A DNA stretch of 64,000 bases from Octopus vulgaris (lineage: Eukaryota). The translations under genes were made by a program, and so were the position numbers. Shown here piece after piece: positions 10,781-24,549 of the stretch. How positions within the stretch are numbered: position 1 is the stretch's first letter; every line of letters starts with the position of its first letter. The DNA lies in the NCBI GenBank assembly GCA_951406725.2, contig OX597815.1, forward strand, positions 48,484,001-48,548,000, read 5' to 3'. The notes beneath the pieces were generated by a model. The model was given only the letters and a program-made list of their open reading frames with translations. It was not told the DNA's origin and searched no databases.

Positions 10781-11605
10781 ATTGCTAGGGAAATGAAGGA
10801 AATGAGCTGGCAGAATTGTTAGCACATCATGAAAAATGCTTAGCAATACATATTCACATATATATTTATACATATATAGTGTATATATCAATAGATACAC
10901 ACATGCCCACACACACACATATATAGATAGATAGATAGCTACATATTTGTATCTATCTATCTATATATGTATTCATATATATGTGCGTGTGTGTGTATGA
11001 GCATATATTTATGTCTATATACACACACACATACAGACATACAAATGTGCCTACAATCATATGTACATATCTACACACACAAAAAAAATTGATAACCAAA
11101 AGATTTAACAAGCAAAATACAGGCTAAAGTAAGGGGACTAGTGTCAAGGGAAGATGTCAGGCTTTGTATGTTTCTTTTGTGCCACTGTTTGCAAACCAAA
11201 TATATTTAACCAACTTATTGCTGAGAGATACACACACACAAACACACATTATAGATAGAATTTCACTTCCTTCTGTGTTACCATTATAAGGAAAACAATT
11301 TGTGTTCTTATTAAGAAACTGTTGACCTTATAAAGAATGAAGTACATATATGACCAGAGTGGGAGTGAAGGAGAGAGAAGGGGAGGATAGTTCAAGACAG
11401 TGTGTGTGGCTGTGTGCGTGTGAGAGAGCGAGAGGGAGAGAGAGAGAGTGAGAGAGTGAGAGGTGGGGGATGTCCTGAATGGACAAAAGGGACAAACATC
11501 TTTAAATATGTTTTTCTGCCTCAAAGCAATTTTATACACACAATGTTTTATTGCATGTGTGCGTGTGTGTGTATATATATACATACATAAATATATATGT
11601 GCATG

Positions 11606-11640
<35 letters not shown>

Positions 11641-12117
11641 ATGTATGTATGTATATGTACAGTATGTGTGTGTGTGTGTATGCATGTATATATATGTATG
11701 TTTATGCACATATATATATATATTTAAATGTGTGTGTATATATATATATATATATACATATATATGACATGCATTAAATATTTGTGTATGGATGGATGTC
11801 AGCGTGCATGTATATATTTATACAGGTAAATACATAACATAGGCATATACATACATATGTACATGTGTGTACGGTCAACAGGGTTGTGTTTTAATTTAAT
11901 AGTATGTTTACAAAAAACTGCGATAAATGATTTTTGGTGTTGCACTGTCATTGAACAATTTCTAAAAGTTGAGATAAAATTTGACACATTTGGCATTGTT
12001 TTTCTTCATAGTTTAATATTTTATTTAACTTTTGACCAATAGTCACACTCGGTCCTCAAAAGCACTCAGCAAATATAAATGATGTTTAAAAGACAGAAGG
12101 TGAGCATGTGTAAAAAA

Positions 12118-12700
<583 letters not shown>

Positions 12701-13749
12701 CTAGAGTGGCAAAGAGGCAAATAGATAGAATGAAGCAGATTGATAAGTAGGTTGGTAGAAGTATGGGTTGGTATGTAAGTAGGCAGATATAGATTGGTAT
12801 GTAGGTATATAGAATGGTAAAACAATGTAAGTAGAGAGATGAATAGATAGATAGATAGATAGATCAAAACACTTGGATAGATAGGTAGATTGAAAAATGG
12901 CTACATACATCAAGAGAATCAAGAGAGAGACAGAGTGATCAGGGAGACAAAGAGAGAAAAAGAGTGACAAAAACAGAGAGAGGGAAAGAGCAAGAAAGAG
13001 GGGGAGAGATATGGAGAGGGACAGATATACAGAGAGAGACTGACAAAAAGATAGATGGACAGACCGATGGACAGACGTAAAATTATTTGAGTCAGGGTTA
13101 AGAAACAAGGGAGAAATGAAAGAAAATGAGGCAGAGCCAATGATGGACTAGTGAATTGTACAACCAGCCTAAGTCAAGTCATTAGTTAAAAGACAGACCA
13201 GATGTTCATGTCTGGAATAATTCTTTTGCCTAAAGCTAAAGTGAAATCTTTTGGAAAGTTTTCTCACTTATATCTCTTGAATTCCAAGGCCAAAGTTCAA
13301 GATGACATTTGGGAGTTTCAAAGACTGATGCCATTGACTGCAAGCCTGTCCTGAGGGTGAAAATAACTTCATTATATCAATTTAGAAAGCGCTTTGGCAG
13401 AGAAGACCAAAGAATGAAAACTAAACAAAAAGACAAAAAGAGTAAAAAAGAAAAAAAAAAAGAAGAAAGGAAGACGTGAAAACAAATAAATAAAAACCAT
13501 TGAAATATGATGGAATGACTGTGGACCAAAGTTGCCAAGTTGCCTTTGAGTGGTTACCTTGGTTCTTGTTTGTGTGAGATTCTTGTCAATGAAATAAGTA
13601 GGAAAACATTGTTTGGGAAAAGAAAATGAAAGAAGGAAGGAAAGAAAACAAAAAAGAAAAAAAATGAAAGAAATAAAGAAAGAAAGCAAGAAAAGAAAAG
13701 AATGAAAAAATTAAGATAAGAAATAATAAATGGTGAAAACAACAGGAAG

Positions 13750-14450
13750 TGTAGGTGATGGTGGTGATGATGATGATGATGGTAGTAGTGGATGTTGTAG
13801 TGGAGAGAGTAATGGTGCTACTACAACTACTTCTAGAGATACTAAGGGTGATCATAGTGGTAATGGTGGTAATGGTGGTGATGGTGGTGATGGTGGTGAT
13901 GGTTGTTGTTCTTGTGAGGTGCACCATTGTTGGAAATGAATGACAATAATAAATGTATGGCAAGGAAGAAGTAGAAAAAGAAGAGTGAAGAAGAGCAACA
14001 GCAATGTAGTAAAGAAGAAGGAGAAGAAATGGAGAAGAAAAATAGGAGGAGGAGGAGGAGGAGGAGAAAAAAGAAGAATAAAAAGAAAAGGAAGGAGCAG
14101 GAAGGCAAGAAAGGTTCAGAGAAGGTGAAGAAGAAAAAGAAAGAGGAGTTAGAGGTGGAAGAGAAGAAGGGTGAAGAGGAGGAGGAAGAGAAGAAGAAAG
14201 AGGAGTAAGAGGTGGAAAAGAAGGAGGAGGAGGAAGAAGAAGAAGAAGAAGGAGGAGGAGGAGGAGAAGGAGGAGGAGAAGAAGGGAAAGAAGAAGAAGG
14301 AAAAGAAGAAGAAGAAAAAGAAGAATAGTAAGGAAATTTCAGAGAAGGAGACAATCAACAACAACAACAATAGTAGTGACATCAGCAACTGTAACACCAA
14401 TAGTACCAACCATGGCAACAAGAACAACACTAACTATTACAACAACAAAA
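13750..14450. repeat. Compound trinucleotide tract (GGT/GAT, GAA/GGA, AAC)
   Basis: Seen directly; source of the poly-T/S/K/E ORFs. Confidence 0.9.
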
Positions 14451-14748
14451 GCATAAAAGCCAAATAGAAAAACTGTAAACATAGAAAAAGAAATAAGAAT
14501 TGCGGAGGTTGTGAAGAGTAATGATGAAGGCCAAGTTTTTGATTGATTCTAATAATGGTAAACAAAAGATGGGAAATCTCCCATATGTGACAAAGCAATT
14601 AACACACAACACAATGTTTTCCTTGTTGAGTGGGATTATACACGAGCTTGTGAAAACAAGGAATTTAATGTAGGTTTTATTGAATTTGAGTAAAAAGGAA
14701 CAAAATTAAGGAACTGTGAACATTAAGAATGACAACCACAACTGTATC

Positions 14749-14786
<38 letters not shown>

Positions 14787-14867
14787 CAGCAGCAGTGACA
14801 TTAATGATGATGTTGATTGATGGTAATAATTAATTATAAAACAAATGGCATTGTTATAACACTGCCA

Positions 14868-15185
14868 AAGGTGGCAAGCTGGCAGAATTGTTAGCAAGAT
14901 GGACCAAATTCTTAGTGGCAGAATTTCAACCATCTTTCTACTCTGAGTTCAAATTCTGCTGAAGTTGACTTTGCCTTTCAAAGAAGAGAAGGTGGAGAGA
15001 TCGCAGAATCGTTAGCACACAGGGTGAAATTCTTAGCACCATTTCATCTATAATTTTGTTATGAGTTCAAATTCTGCCAGGGTTGGCTTTTCCTTTCATT
15101 CTTTCTGGGTCAATAAAATAAGTACCAGTTGAGCACTGGGGATAATGTAATTGCTGGCCTTGTACCAAAATTTGAAACAATTATT
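14868..15185 (+). mobile_element. Two tandem SINE family B copies
   Basis: Two heads (14868 and ~14989), each with GAGTTCAAATTCTGC. The second continues through the central domain. Confidence 0.7.
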
Positions 15186-15535
15186 TGGAACACTGCTAGT
15201 TAGGTTTGCACGTATGTAACTGCATGTGAAAGTGGAGCTCAGAATTACAGGTTTTTGTTGAGTGTGGAACCATCTCTTAGCCACAACACCAGTAATTAAT
15301 AAAGAAATCACTTGATGAAATAAATAAAAGAATATGCGGCCTTTTTATGATAGACATATTTTGACTAAGACATAACTTTTAATGAACACTCCTCACAAAA
15401 CAAGAGTAGAAAGAAGTATATGATATGGTCCAACAGACCAAATTGTACAGGCATAGAGACCAACATAGATAAAACCTTCCTGCCATTAACAGATAAGTAT
15501 TTTTAGTCACATATATATTACAGACTATTTCTTAT

Positions 15536-15752
15536 CTTTTAGCATTTAAACTGACCATACCCAGCCGAAATATTCTTCCTGTTTTGTATCCAAACTGACC
15601 ACATCCTGCCACTCACATCTAGCCTACAATGCCATTCTAAAAATAAACAATCACATCATTGAATTCACAAAGCTGAGACAATGCAAGAGTAATTCAGAAT
15701 AATGTGAATAAATAAACATTACATTTGACAGAGAAATCTGAATGCTAAAGGG
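15536..15752. mobile_element. piggyBac-type MITE
   Basis: Right end AATGCTAAAGGG|TTAA; left end degenerate TTAT|CTTTTAGCATT. A second partial copy at 28335-28945. Confidence 0.6.
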
Positions 15753-16511
15753 TTAACTGAAACATCCAATAATGGTGACCAAAATCAACTCTTGATGCCT
15801 ATTGAATTCTAGGGAGGGTAAAATGATTTAACAAAAAAATGAAAGTGCTGAGATGTTCAAGGATAACAGCAGTGGCACTGGTCCAGAAGTTAATGATACA
15901 GCTACTGAACCCGTGTTAGCTCTAGTGACTTAGGTGAAGATTTGGGCTTCAAAGTAACCAACAAACAAGTTGATATAGTTAGGGCTCATTATGATTTTCA
16001 GATACTCCTGCACTGAATTTCTTAGTTTGCTTCTTAGTAAGGATCAATTTTTGAAAGCCATTGCAAGGCATTTTGTTAATTTTTAAGACAACAATATTTT
16101 GGGCAAACAAACCTTTGTCAAGAAGAAACAAAATTGAACAAATTTGAAAGAAAATCGTTAATATTCCACATGAAAGCTTCCTTCTATGGTAAGATTGACA
16201 AATATCGATCACTGTCAGGTTTTTTCCCTCCAGGCAGTTACCTATAATGCTACAAACAATGGATTTGCAGTAACAAATAATTAATTTATTGTTCATGTTC
16301 TCATCAGGTGATTTCAGTTTTTAGTCAGAAGGGGAAACGTTTGTGGAATTAACATATTCATCATTTGTAGAAGGAATATATTGCTAGAATTGATAGAGTA
16401 TTGAACATAATGATTTGTAGTATTTAGTTATGGTTCATTACTTTATAAGTGCAGATCCTGTAGAGGTCAGCTTAGTTATTTTTATATCTTTCTCTAAGTT
16501 GGATATACAGA

Positions 16512-17830
16512 TTTTATGAAGCCGGAATAGACACAACGTTTTTACATGACGTACTTCAAATTACTCCACTAAACATGATACTCCAATAAATACAAACTCT
16601 CAACAATTTCAACGACTTACACAAATTCTCAATGACTCCGACTTTTTTCATCTCAGTCAATATGCTACATTTTATAAGAGTTTGGCTAGTTCATTTCTTC
16701 CAATCCCACAGGGGTCTCAATGACTCTCGCCACATCATCTCCTTTTGAGATTGACTTCTGCTGGAAGTTATTATTATTATTATTTTTTTTTTCTTTCATC
16801 ACATCTCCCTTTTTGAGATTTTCTTCCTAGAGAAGTTTAATATTACTTCTGTTTAGGCACTACTTCTAACCGTTCTGTTTGTTTCCTCTTTCTTGTGCTG
16901 CTATGTCTAGGTTTGACTTCTTGTGGCATTGGGACATCAAAGGTGTCGTAGAACACTTCCATGGATATCTCTTTTCTTTTTATCATATATCTATTTTTTA
17001 GCTGGTTTAAATGTCTTTAGTGTTCCCATTTTTCGCCTCTTATAATTTATGTCATTTTTCCTATTCTTTTTGTTACTACTCCGTCTTCCCAACTTTCTCT
17101 TCCATTTTTATATATTTTAAAAAACACCTTGTCACCGATATTAAGATACTTTGTCGTATTTTTAGTGTTTTCCTCTATTTGTTTTTTTTACTGGTAACAG
17201 CTTGTCAAATATTGACTTTATTTTTCAAGCAAACATTAGTTCTGCAGGTGACTTGCTTGAACAAGTGTTTGGGTTTGGCATTATCCTTTAAACCCTCGAG
17301 AATTGTGTCAATGCTGTGTCATCAACTAGCTCGTTTTACTTTCTTTAACGCTCTTTAAATGTATTCACGAATAGCTCCGCTTGCCTGTTTGATTTTCAAT
17401 GATATGGAGAAGTGATATGTGTTCAACTGTGTACATTTTTCAAAAAATTTAAACTCATACGTCATCGTATACTATGGTGTCCGGGACACTATATCTTGCA
17501 AAGAGGTCATGAAGAAATTCTGTTGTTACGGTAGAGGTTGGGTTCCTACATCTACATATTTCCGACCACTTAGTATAACTATCTACTACAATCAGGTAAT
17601 ACGTGCCATTTACTGGTCCAGTTAAATCTATATGAAGCCTGGTCCATGGACTGTTGGTTTTATGCCATGGTTGGAATTTAATTGGTGGTGACTTGGCTGC
17701 AAGTGTACAACCTCTGCAGGATTTCACCAACTCTTCAATGTCACGATCTATTGTAGGCCAATATACGTAACTTCTCATAAGTGATTTCATTCTCAAAATC
17801 CCTGGGTGACCAATATGAAATTCTTTGTAA
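16512..17830 (-). mobile_element. Gypsy/Ty3 LTR retrotransposon 3' remnant (integrase, PPT, LTR)
   Basis: FHIGHPGILRMKSLMRSYVYWPTIDRDIEELVKSCRGC (HHCC zinc domain), PWTRLHIDLTGP, LIVVDSYTKW, LFARYSVPDTIV (rve core). PPT-like AAAAGGAGATGA precedes TGTGGCG at 16734. LTR is ~16512-16734. Confidence 0.9.
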
Positions 17831-17937
17831 TATCACTGCCTGTATCTAACTGAAACTTACCATTGGCAGTGTTTCCATTCAGTGCTAAACTACAGAGTGG
17901 TTGCTAGAAAAGTGTAAAAATTGTATATATATGTATA

Positions 17938-17978
<41 letters not shown>

Positions 17979-18034
17979 ATGCATATCTATGTATGTATAT
18001 ATATGTATGTGTGTGTATACATATGTTTGTTTTC

Positions 18035-19330
18035 ATCATCATCGTCATCATCATCATCATCGTCATCGTCGTTTAACATCCACTTTCCATGCTTGCATGG
18101 GTTGGATGGTTTGAATGAGGGCTGGTGAACCAGAAGGCTGCACCAGGCTCCAATCTGATCTGGTAATGTTTCTACAGCTGGATACCCTTCCTAACGCCAA
18201 CCACTCTGAAAATGTAGTGGGTGCTTTTTACATGCCACCAGCATGAGGCCCAGTCAGGTGGTACTGGCATCGACCATGGTTGAATGGTGCTTTTTATGTG
18301 CCACTGGCACAGGAGCCAATCAGGCGACACTGGCAATGACCACACTTGAATGGTGCATTTACATGCTACCGATACAGGTGGTACTGGCAACGATCATGCT
18401 TGAATGGTGCTTTTTATGTACCACCAGCACGGGTGCTGGTGGCATGTAAAAAAGTGGTACTGTCATCAGCCACGAAAACGATTTCACTTGCCTCAACAGG
18501 TCTTCACAAGTGCAGTTTATTGCCCAATGATTGAAGGGTACTCTTAAATGGGCTGGTTATGCTGCATTGGCACAGGCCATGATTACAGTCTCGCTTGGCT
18601 TGCCGAGTCTTCTCAAGCACTATATATCTCCAAAGATCTTGGTCACTCATCATCACCTCGGTGAGGCCCAACATTCAAAGCTCGTGCTTCAACACTTCAT
18701 CCCAAGTCTTCCTGGGTCTACCTCTTCCACAGCTTCCCTCTATTGTTAGGATGTGACACTTTTTCACACAGCTCTCCTCATCCATACGCAACACATGATC
18801 ATACCAGCGCAGTCATCTCTCTTGCACACCACATCTGATGCTTCTTATGTCCAACTTTTCTCTCAGGGTTCTTACACTCTGTCATGTATGCACACTAACA
18901 TTACACAACCATCAGAGCATGCTAGCTTCATTCCTTGCATGCTTATGCATGTCCTCAGTAGCCATGTTTCACTGCCATGTAGTATGGCTGTCTGCACACA
19001 TGCGGTATGCAGTTAACCTTTTACTCTGAGCAAGAGGCCTTTATCACCAGCAGAGGTAGTAGCTCTCTGAACTTTGCCCAGGCTATTCTTATTCTTGCAG
19101 CTACACTCTCAGAGCATCCACCCCAGCTTGGTCACCTAGGTAACAGAAGCTATCAGCTACTTCTAGTTTTTCCTCCCTAGCATGTGACGGTAGCTGTTTT
19201 CTGCACATTTTCAGTGTTTATTGCCCCTGAGCATTTGCCACACACAAAATCTATGTTCTCAGTTAGCCTTCCTCTGATATTGTTGCACCTCTTATGTGTC
19301 CATAGCTTACACTGGGTACATCTTATGGGG
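18035..19330 (-). mobile_element. RTE LINE, 5'-truncated (ORF2 C-terminus plus 3' UTR with minisatellite and (GAT)n tail)
   Basis: Minus translation LEVADSFCYLGDQ and RGRPRKTWDEVLKHEL. 3' UTR has ~63-bp tandem units and ends GATGTTAAACGACGATGAC...(GAT)n. Confidence 0.85.
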
Positions 19331-20597
19331 TTTTCATAATGTTGATAATATAAATCAGCATTTCACGAATTTTTTGCTTTTCTAGCTATCACCCTGTATA
19401 AAATAGATTTTTAGCCTGCACTCTCTGCATAGATCAGTGAATATATAGACTAATGCTTACAGAATTAGTGCATCTGATGAGACTGCCGCTTTTATTTATA
19501 CAAGATTACATGTGCAACTGAAATAATCTTGCTCACTATCAGACATCCATAATGAAAATGAATATGTCAATTCTGTATAACCATGTATTAAGTATTTCCT
19601 TGAATAGTTCTCTTCTCAGCTTCACAACCATAAATATCCTATGCACACACAAACACACACATCAAAACTCAAATATGCACATATACATGAACATTTTTTC
19701 ATGGAAGAAATAGATTAAAAATAAAACTTCAACAAGGAAATCATCATTGTAATTCATTAGCCAGATTATCATTAAAATACTTTTATCTCTGTAGCTGTAT
19801 AGCATTATGTAAAACATTTCCACTGAAATACACACTGTTGTTACGCTAGAGAATCACTAAAGCAAACTAAACAAATGAATTGCATTTTGCAATTCAAATC
19901 AGAAACAAGTGATTCAATCTTAGTAACCCTCATGGGTATGTAACATTGCTAGAGGTTCTATTACACTATTTCTTACTTCACATTGGACAAATTACTCTCA
20001 CAGCTTGTGAATATTGCCTTCAAGGCATTTCACGACTAAATCAGTTACCTCTTGTAAAGACAATCAGTAAACAACAATGTTATCATCATCACCAGTTTTC
20101 ACCATGATACCTAGATGCAAGGATTTGTAAACTTTATCTGAAGATTGATAGTTCTCTTCATATAAAAAGCTAGATTAATAAATAGTATTTGTAATCCTAG
20201 GATTATTTTGTCCTCGTTAGATAAAAAACAAAGAGAGTGTCATGAATAGAACACCTTTGAGGATAGGTCTGCTAAATTCCTAATGCAACAACCAATGAAA
20301 TGTGATCATTTGTATTGCTAGAAATAAGGTCCATATTCACACGAATTCCATCCTACTGTCTTATAGAAAAAGATGGGTATATTGGACAATGGAGTCATAG
20401 ATGTATAAAACCAACTGGATGGTCATGTCTGGAATGCATTTTATGATTGGTCTGCATGCTCAAATTGACTTGGGACTAAAGGAAAGCAACAACTATAGCT
20501 CAAAATAAAATGTAAAGAGAAGCTGTTTCTGTGCATAATTGAAACAGCTGCCTCCCTTCCACCTAAATTTTCTATTAAGTTATTTAAAGATGGTTGA

Positions 20598-21010
20598 ATC
20601 ATCATCATCATCGTTTAACGTCCGTTTTCCACGATTTGACTGAAGGCTGGTGAACCAGATGGCTGCACCAGGCTTCAATCTTGATCTGGCAGAATTTCTA
20701 CAGCTGGATGCCCTTCTTAACACTAACCACTCCGAGGGTGTAGTGGGTGCTTTTACATGCCACCAGCATGGGGCCAGTCAGGCAGTACTGGCAACGACCT
20801 TGCTCGAATCTTTTACACATGCCACCGGCACAGGTGCCAGTAAGGCAATGCTGGTAACAATCACGCTCAAATGGTGCCTTTTACGTGCCAACGGCACGGA
20901 GGCCAGTTAGCCACTCTGGCAAAGATCATGCTCGGATGGTGCTCTTAACACCCTACTAGCATGGAGCTCAAGCGCCAGTAAGGCGACGCTGGTAACGATC
21001 ACACTTGAAT
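20598..21010 (-). mobile_element. RTE LINE 3' UTR fragment
   Basis: (CAT)n-CGTTTAACGTCCG start and about four minisatellite units. Confidence 0.8.
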
Positions 21011-22573
21011 ATGTTTATAAATTAGTCCATCCTGCATATAATTATACATGAGAATATTAAGATGAGATAGTCATGAGAGGCTCACTGAGTGAACAATAAA
21101 AATTCAATCCAAATTTCTTTTCTATTAATAACAGTAATAAAATATCAACTGAAAAATTGATACCTCATAACAGATATGTCTCAATGACAACTTGAAAGAT
21201 TTAACAACACCAAAAACAACAATAATAAAAAGATAGTAATAATAATAATAAATGATGTTCTAAATAGGAATTTGGAAATTTCCTTTTACATTCAATGACA
21301 AAATTATTTTATGAATCACTTGATTGTTGAGTATTGTATAAATATGGTAGGTCATTTGGTGTAATTTAAGGAAATCTATTAATTATATTGGATGGAAGCC
21401 TAATGCTGTCACAATTTTTCTTTATCACACAATTTCTTTAGTTTCAAATGACTGTTATAAATTTGAAATATACAGCATGCATACAAGAAGCTTTAAACTA
21501 AATTTAAGTACTTTTACTTATTTTAGCACTCTTGTTGGGAAGTGAAATGAAAGTAAATAGTAAAAAGTTTTTTAAAAATAGTATATATATATATGTATAA
21601 AAAAAGGGGAAACAAAAATAAAGGTGAAAAAATGTAAAAAAATATTAGGGAAAATTAATCTGATATAATTGAATAAAATATGATATGAACTAAGGTTGAA
21701 AACAACAACAAAAGTAAAAAAATATACCAAAGGAAAGAATGTTTCTTGCTATTATTCCAAGCAGGTTTTGACTGCACTAAGTGGACTTTATAAAGTATCA
21801 TAGTACTTTCATATGCATGAGTAAGAACATGTGAGCATACAAGGGTATAACTAGTGATAATATGTAAATGATTATTTTATATATATATATATGAATGCAC
21901 GTGTGTTTGTATATATGTGTGTAGTAGTAGTAGTAGTAGTGGTGGTGGTGGTGGTGGTGGTGATGGTAATAGTAAAGAGCACTAAGTACATGTGCTAGAC
22001 TTCATATTATTTTCTAGTATGCCACATGAACATGCAAAGTGACAAAGTCACAATGCAGATGGCAAAATCATTAGCTTTTAATGCTATATGCATGTGCATG
22101 TATGTACACACACACACACACATGCATACACACACATGCATACACACACACACTCACACATACATAAATGTACATGTGTGTGTCTATATATAATGATGGA
22201 GAAAGAGAACAAAGGTGAGGAAGGAAGTTGGCTATGTTGGTTCTGAGGAGTGATCAACAAACCATAAAACAGTCCAACAGAAGACTCCTTAAATTCTTTT
22301 TTTCACTGTGTAACGATAACATAGGGAAAATATGTTTGCATCCATATTTTACATATGAGATTTCGTGATACTCAAATTCATTTCAAATCCTGTGATTTTC
22401 TCCGTGTTGTACATAAAATAGATTAATTCCTATCAATAACAAGCTATCAAAAGGATAAATATGCAAATTAGACCATTAGTTTTAGTGCTAGCCTATTTTT
22501 GGCTGCTTTGTATTGTAGCTGAATGCCATGTGTGTTTTCTCTGAGGAGCAATCAACAAACTGTAAAACTTTCT

Positions 22574-22808
22574 TATTTCTTTATTGCCCACAAGGGGCTA
22601 AACATAGAGGGGACAAACAAGGACAGACAAAGGGATTAAGTCGAATACATCGACCCCAGTGCGTAACTGGTTCTTAATTTATCGACCCTGAAAGGATGAA
22701 AGGCAAAGTCAACTTCGGAGGAATTTGAACTCAGAGTGTAACGGCAGACGAAATACCGCTAAGCATTTCGCCCAGCGTGCTAATGTTTCAGCCAACTCGC
22801 CGCCTTAT
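22574..22808 (-). mobile_element. SINE family B, full length, with target-site duplication
   Basis: Retains many CpGs. Flanked by AACTGTAAA(A)CTTTCT at 22558-22573 and 22813-22827. Confidence 0.85.
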
Positions 22809-23383
22809 CTGTAACTGTAAACTTTCTGTTGGGAATCCTTCCTTATTTCAAACATCATCAGAACAAAAAGGGTGCATTTACATTCCTATTTCACTCAGCG
22901 TGAGTTTTTCTAATTGTATATTCTTATTTCACTCTAAGTGAGTTTTTCTAATAAGTGTATATGTGTTTGAGTGTGTATGGAGTTAATATTTTTTAAAAAA
23001 TCATAAAGGAAAGTAAAAATATAAAAATCATAAAGGAAAGTAAAAGTATAAAAATCAGTGTGTCTTGTCATCTGAACATTCAATCAGCAACTAGTGTTCC
23101 CATCTCAATGTTCTATCAGCAACTAACTTTTATGCTTGAAAAACGTGTGCTTCACTGCTGGGCAGAAGTTGCCACATGTATCCATCCGCAGCCAGCAGTA
23201 ATTGGATGAAATGGGCTTAGCATGGCTGTGCTATGTTGCCACAACAAAATAGTGTTAGCATGTCTCACTGAAAGTTGATCCTTACTTAGAGTACAAATAA
23301 TTTATTAGACTAGCTGTTGGCAACCAACATTGGTGCCACAGTCACCGTGGTGCATGTGCTTATGTATATATACTTACAAAGTA

Positions 23384-23620
23384 TTCTTTTATTCTTTTAT
23401 TTGTTTCAGTCATTTGACTGCAGCTATGCTGGAGCACCACCTTTTAGTTGAACAAATCAACCCCAGGACTTATTCTTTGTAAGCTTGGTACTTATTCTAT
23501 CGGTCTCTTATGCCAAACTGCTAAGTTACAGGGACATAGACACACCAACATCAGTTGTTGTCAAGTGATGGTGGGGGGACAAATACAGACAAAAAGACCC
23601 ATACACACATAAATATCTCC

Positions 23621-23651
<31 letters not shown>

Positions 23652-23808
23652 CGATGGGCTTCTTTCAGGTTCCGTCTACCAAATCCACTCACAAGGTTTT
23701 GGTCAGCCCAAGGCTATAGTAGAAGACACTTGCCCAAAGTGCTACACAGGAGAACTGAAACCAGAACCATGTGGTTGGGAAGCATGCTTCTTACCACACA
23801 GCCACACC
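23384..23808 (-). mobile_element. SINE family A, full length
   Basis: Aligns along its length with 36958-37386 and 63493-63915. Confidence 0.85.
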
Positions 23809-23906
23809 TTGCTGCTCTTTTTCCACCAAGGCAATCGACAACATGCAAGACCCATTGTCAACTCATTTGCTATTGTTGCTGTTATTGCACAAAACATGAA
23901 AACTCC

Positions 23907-23941
<35 letters not shown>

Positions 23942-23942
<1 letters not shown>

Positions 23943-24152
23943 GGCAGTGGGTTGGCTGAGTTGCTAGCATGCACGGTAAAATGCTTAGCAGCATTTTGTT
24001 GGTCCTTACATTCTGAGTTCAAATTTTGCTGTGGTTGGCTTCAAATTCCATCCTTTCAGGATCGATAAAATAAGTACTAGCTGAGTACTGGGTTGATGTA
24101 TTTGACTTCCCCACTTCCCCAAACTCTTGCTGGCCTTGTGCCAAATTTTGAA
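23942..24152 (+). mobile_element. SINE family B
   Basis: GAGTTCAAATTTTGC...CATCCTTTCAGGATCGATAAAATAAGTAC. Confidence 0.7.
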
Positions 24153-24180
24153 ATCATCACCATCATTATTATTATTATTA

Positions 24181-24480
24181 CTTTTAATCTGCATGTTTGT
24201 TGTGATCAGTTGCTGAGACACACCCAGTGCCCTAGGGGAAATGAAGGTTAAGAGATGCTACAGGATAACTGAAAGCTTGGGAAGGGAAGTGGTGAAGACA
24301 GTAGCTAAATACCTCCATATAATACAACACAAACATTTAAATTGATAGGGTTTTTCTAAAGATGTGGGTAGTACTTGTCAGCACAATCTTTTGGATTTCT
24401 TTGAGACATTTTCTCTTGGGAGGTTGTTTAGGTATTTCTGACATTCCTTTTTTATCATACTTAGGGCACCTACAATAACA
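24181..24480 (-). mobile_element. Dong/R4-like retrotransposon 3' end in (TAA)n
   Basis: IIVIVGALSMIKKECQKYLNNLP...IQKIVLTSTTHIFRKTL matches the RLE C-terminal pattern (P.IIGALG; QK..L..T..I.R..L). (ATT)n on both sides. Confidence 0.75.
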
Positions 24481-24549
24481 ATTATCATCATTATTTTATG
24501 TATTATGATTATTATGATTATTATGATTATTATTATTATTATTATTATT

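Noticed and set aside
15780-16380. 105-aa minus-strand ORF in complex sequence
   Set aside because: No recognisable motif or exon structure. It may be old TE-derived DNA, but I cannot support a call.
18220-18470. CRISPR-like array of palindromic repeats
   Set aside because: Units are contiguous and degenerate with no unique spacers and no cas genes. They lie in a LINE 3' UTR in eukaryotic DNA.
19468-19548. Hammerhead-like CTGATGA...GAAA
   Set aside because: Stem II pairs only partly and I could not close a convincing stem I or III. At best a highly decayed remnant.
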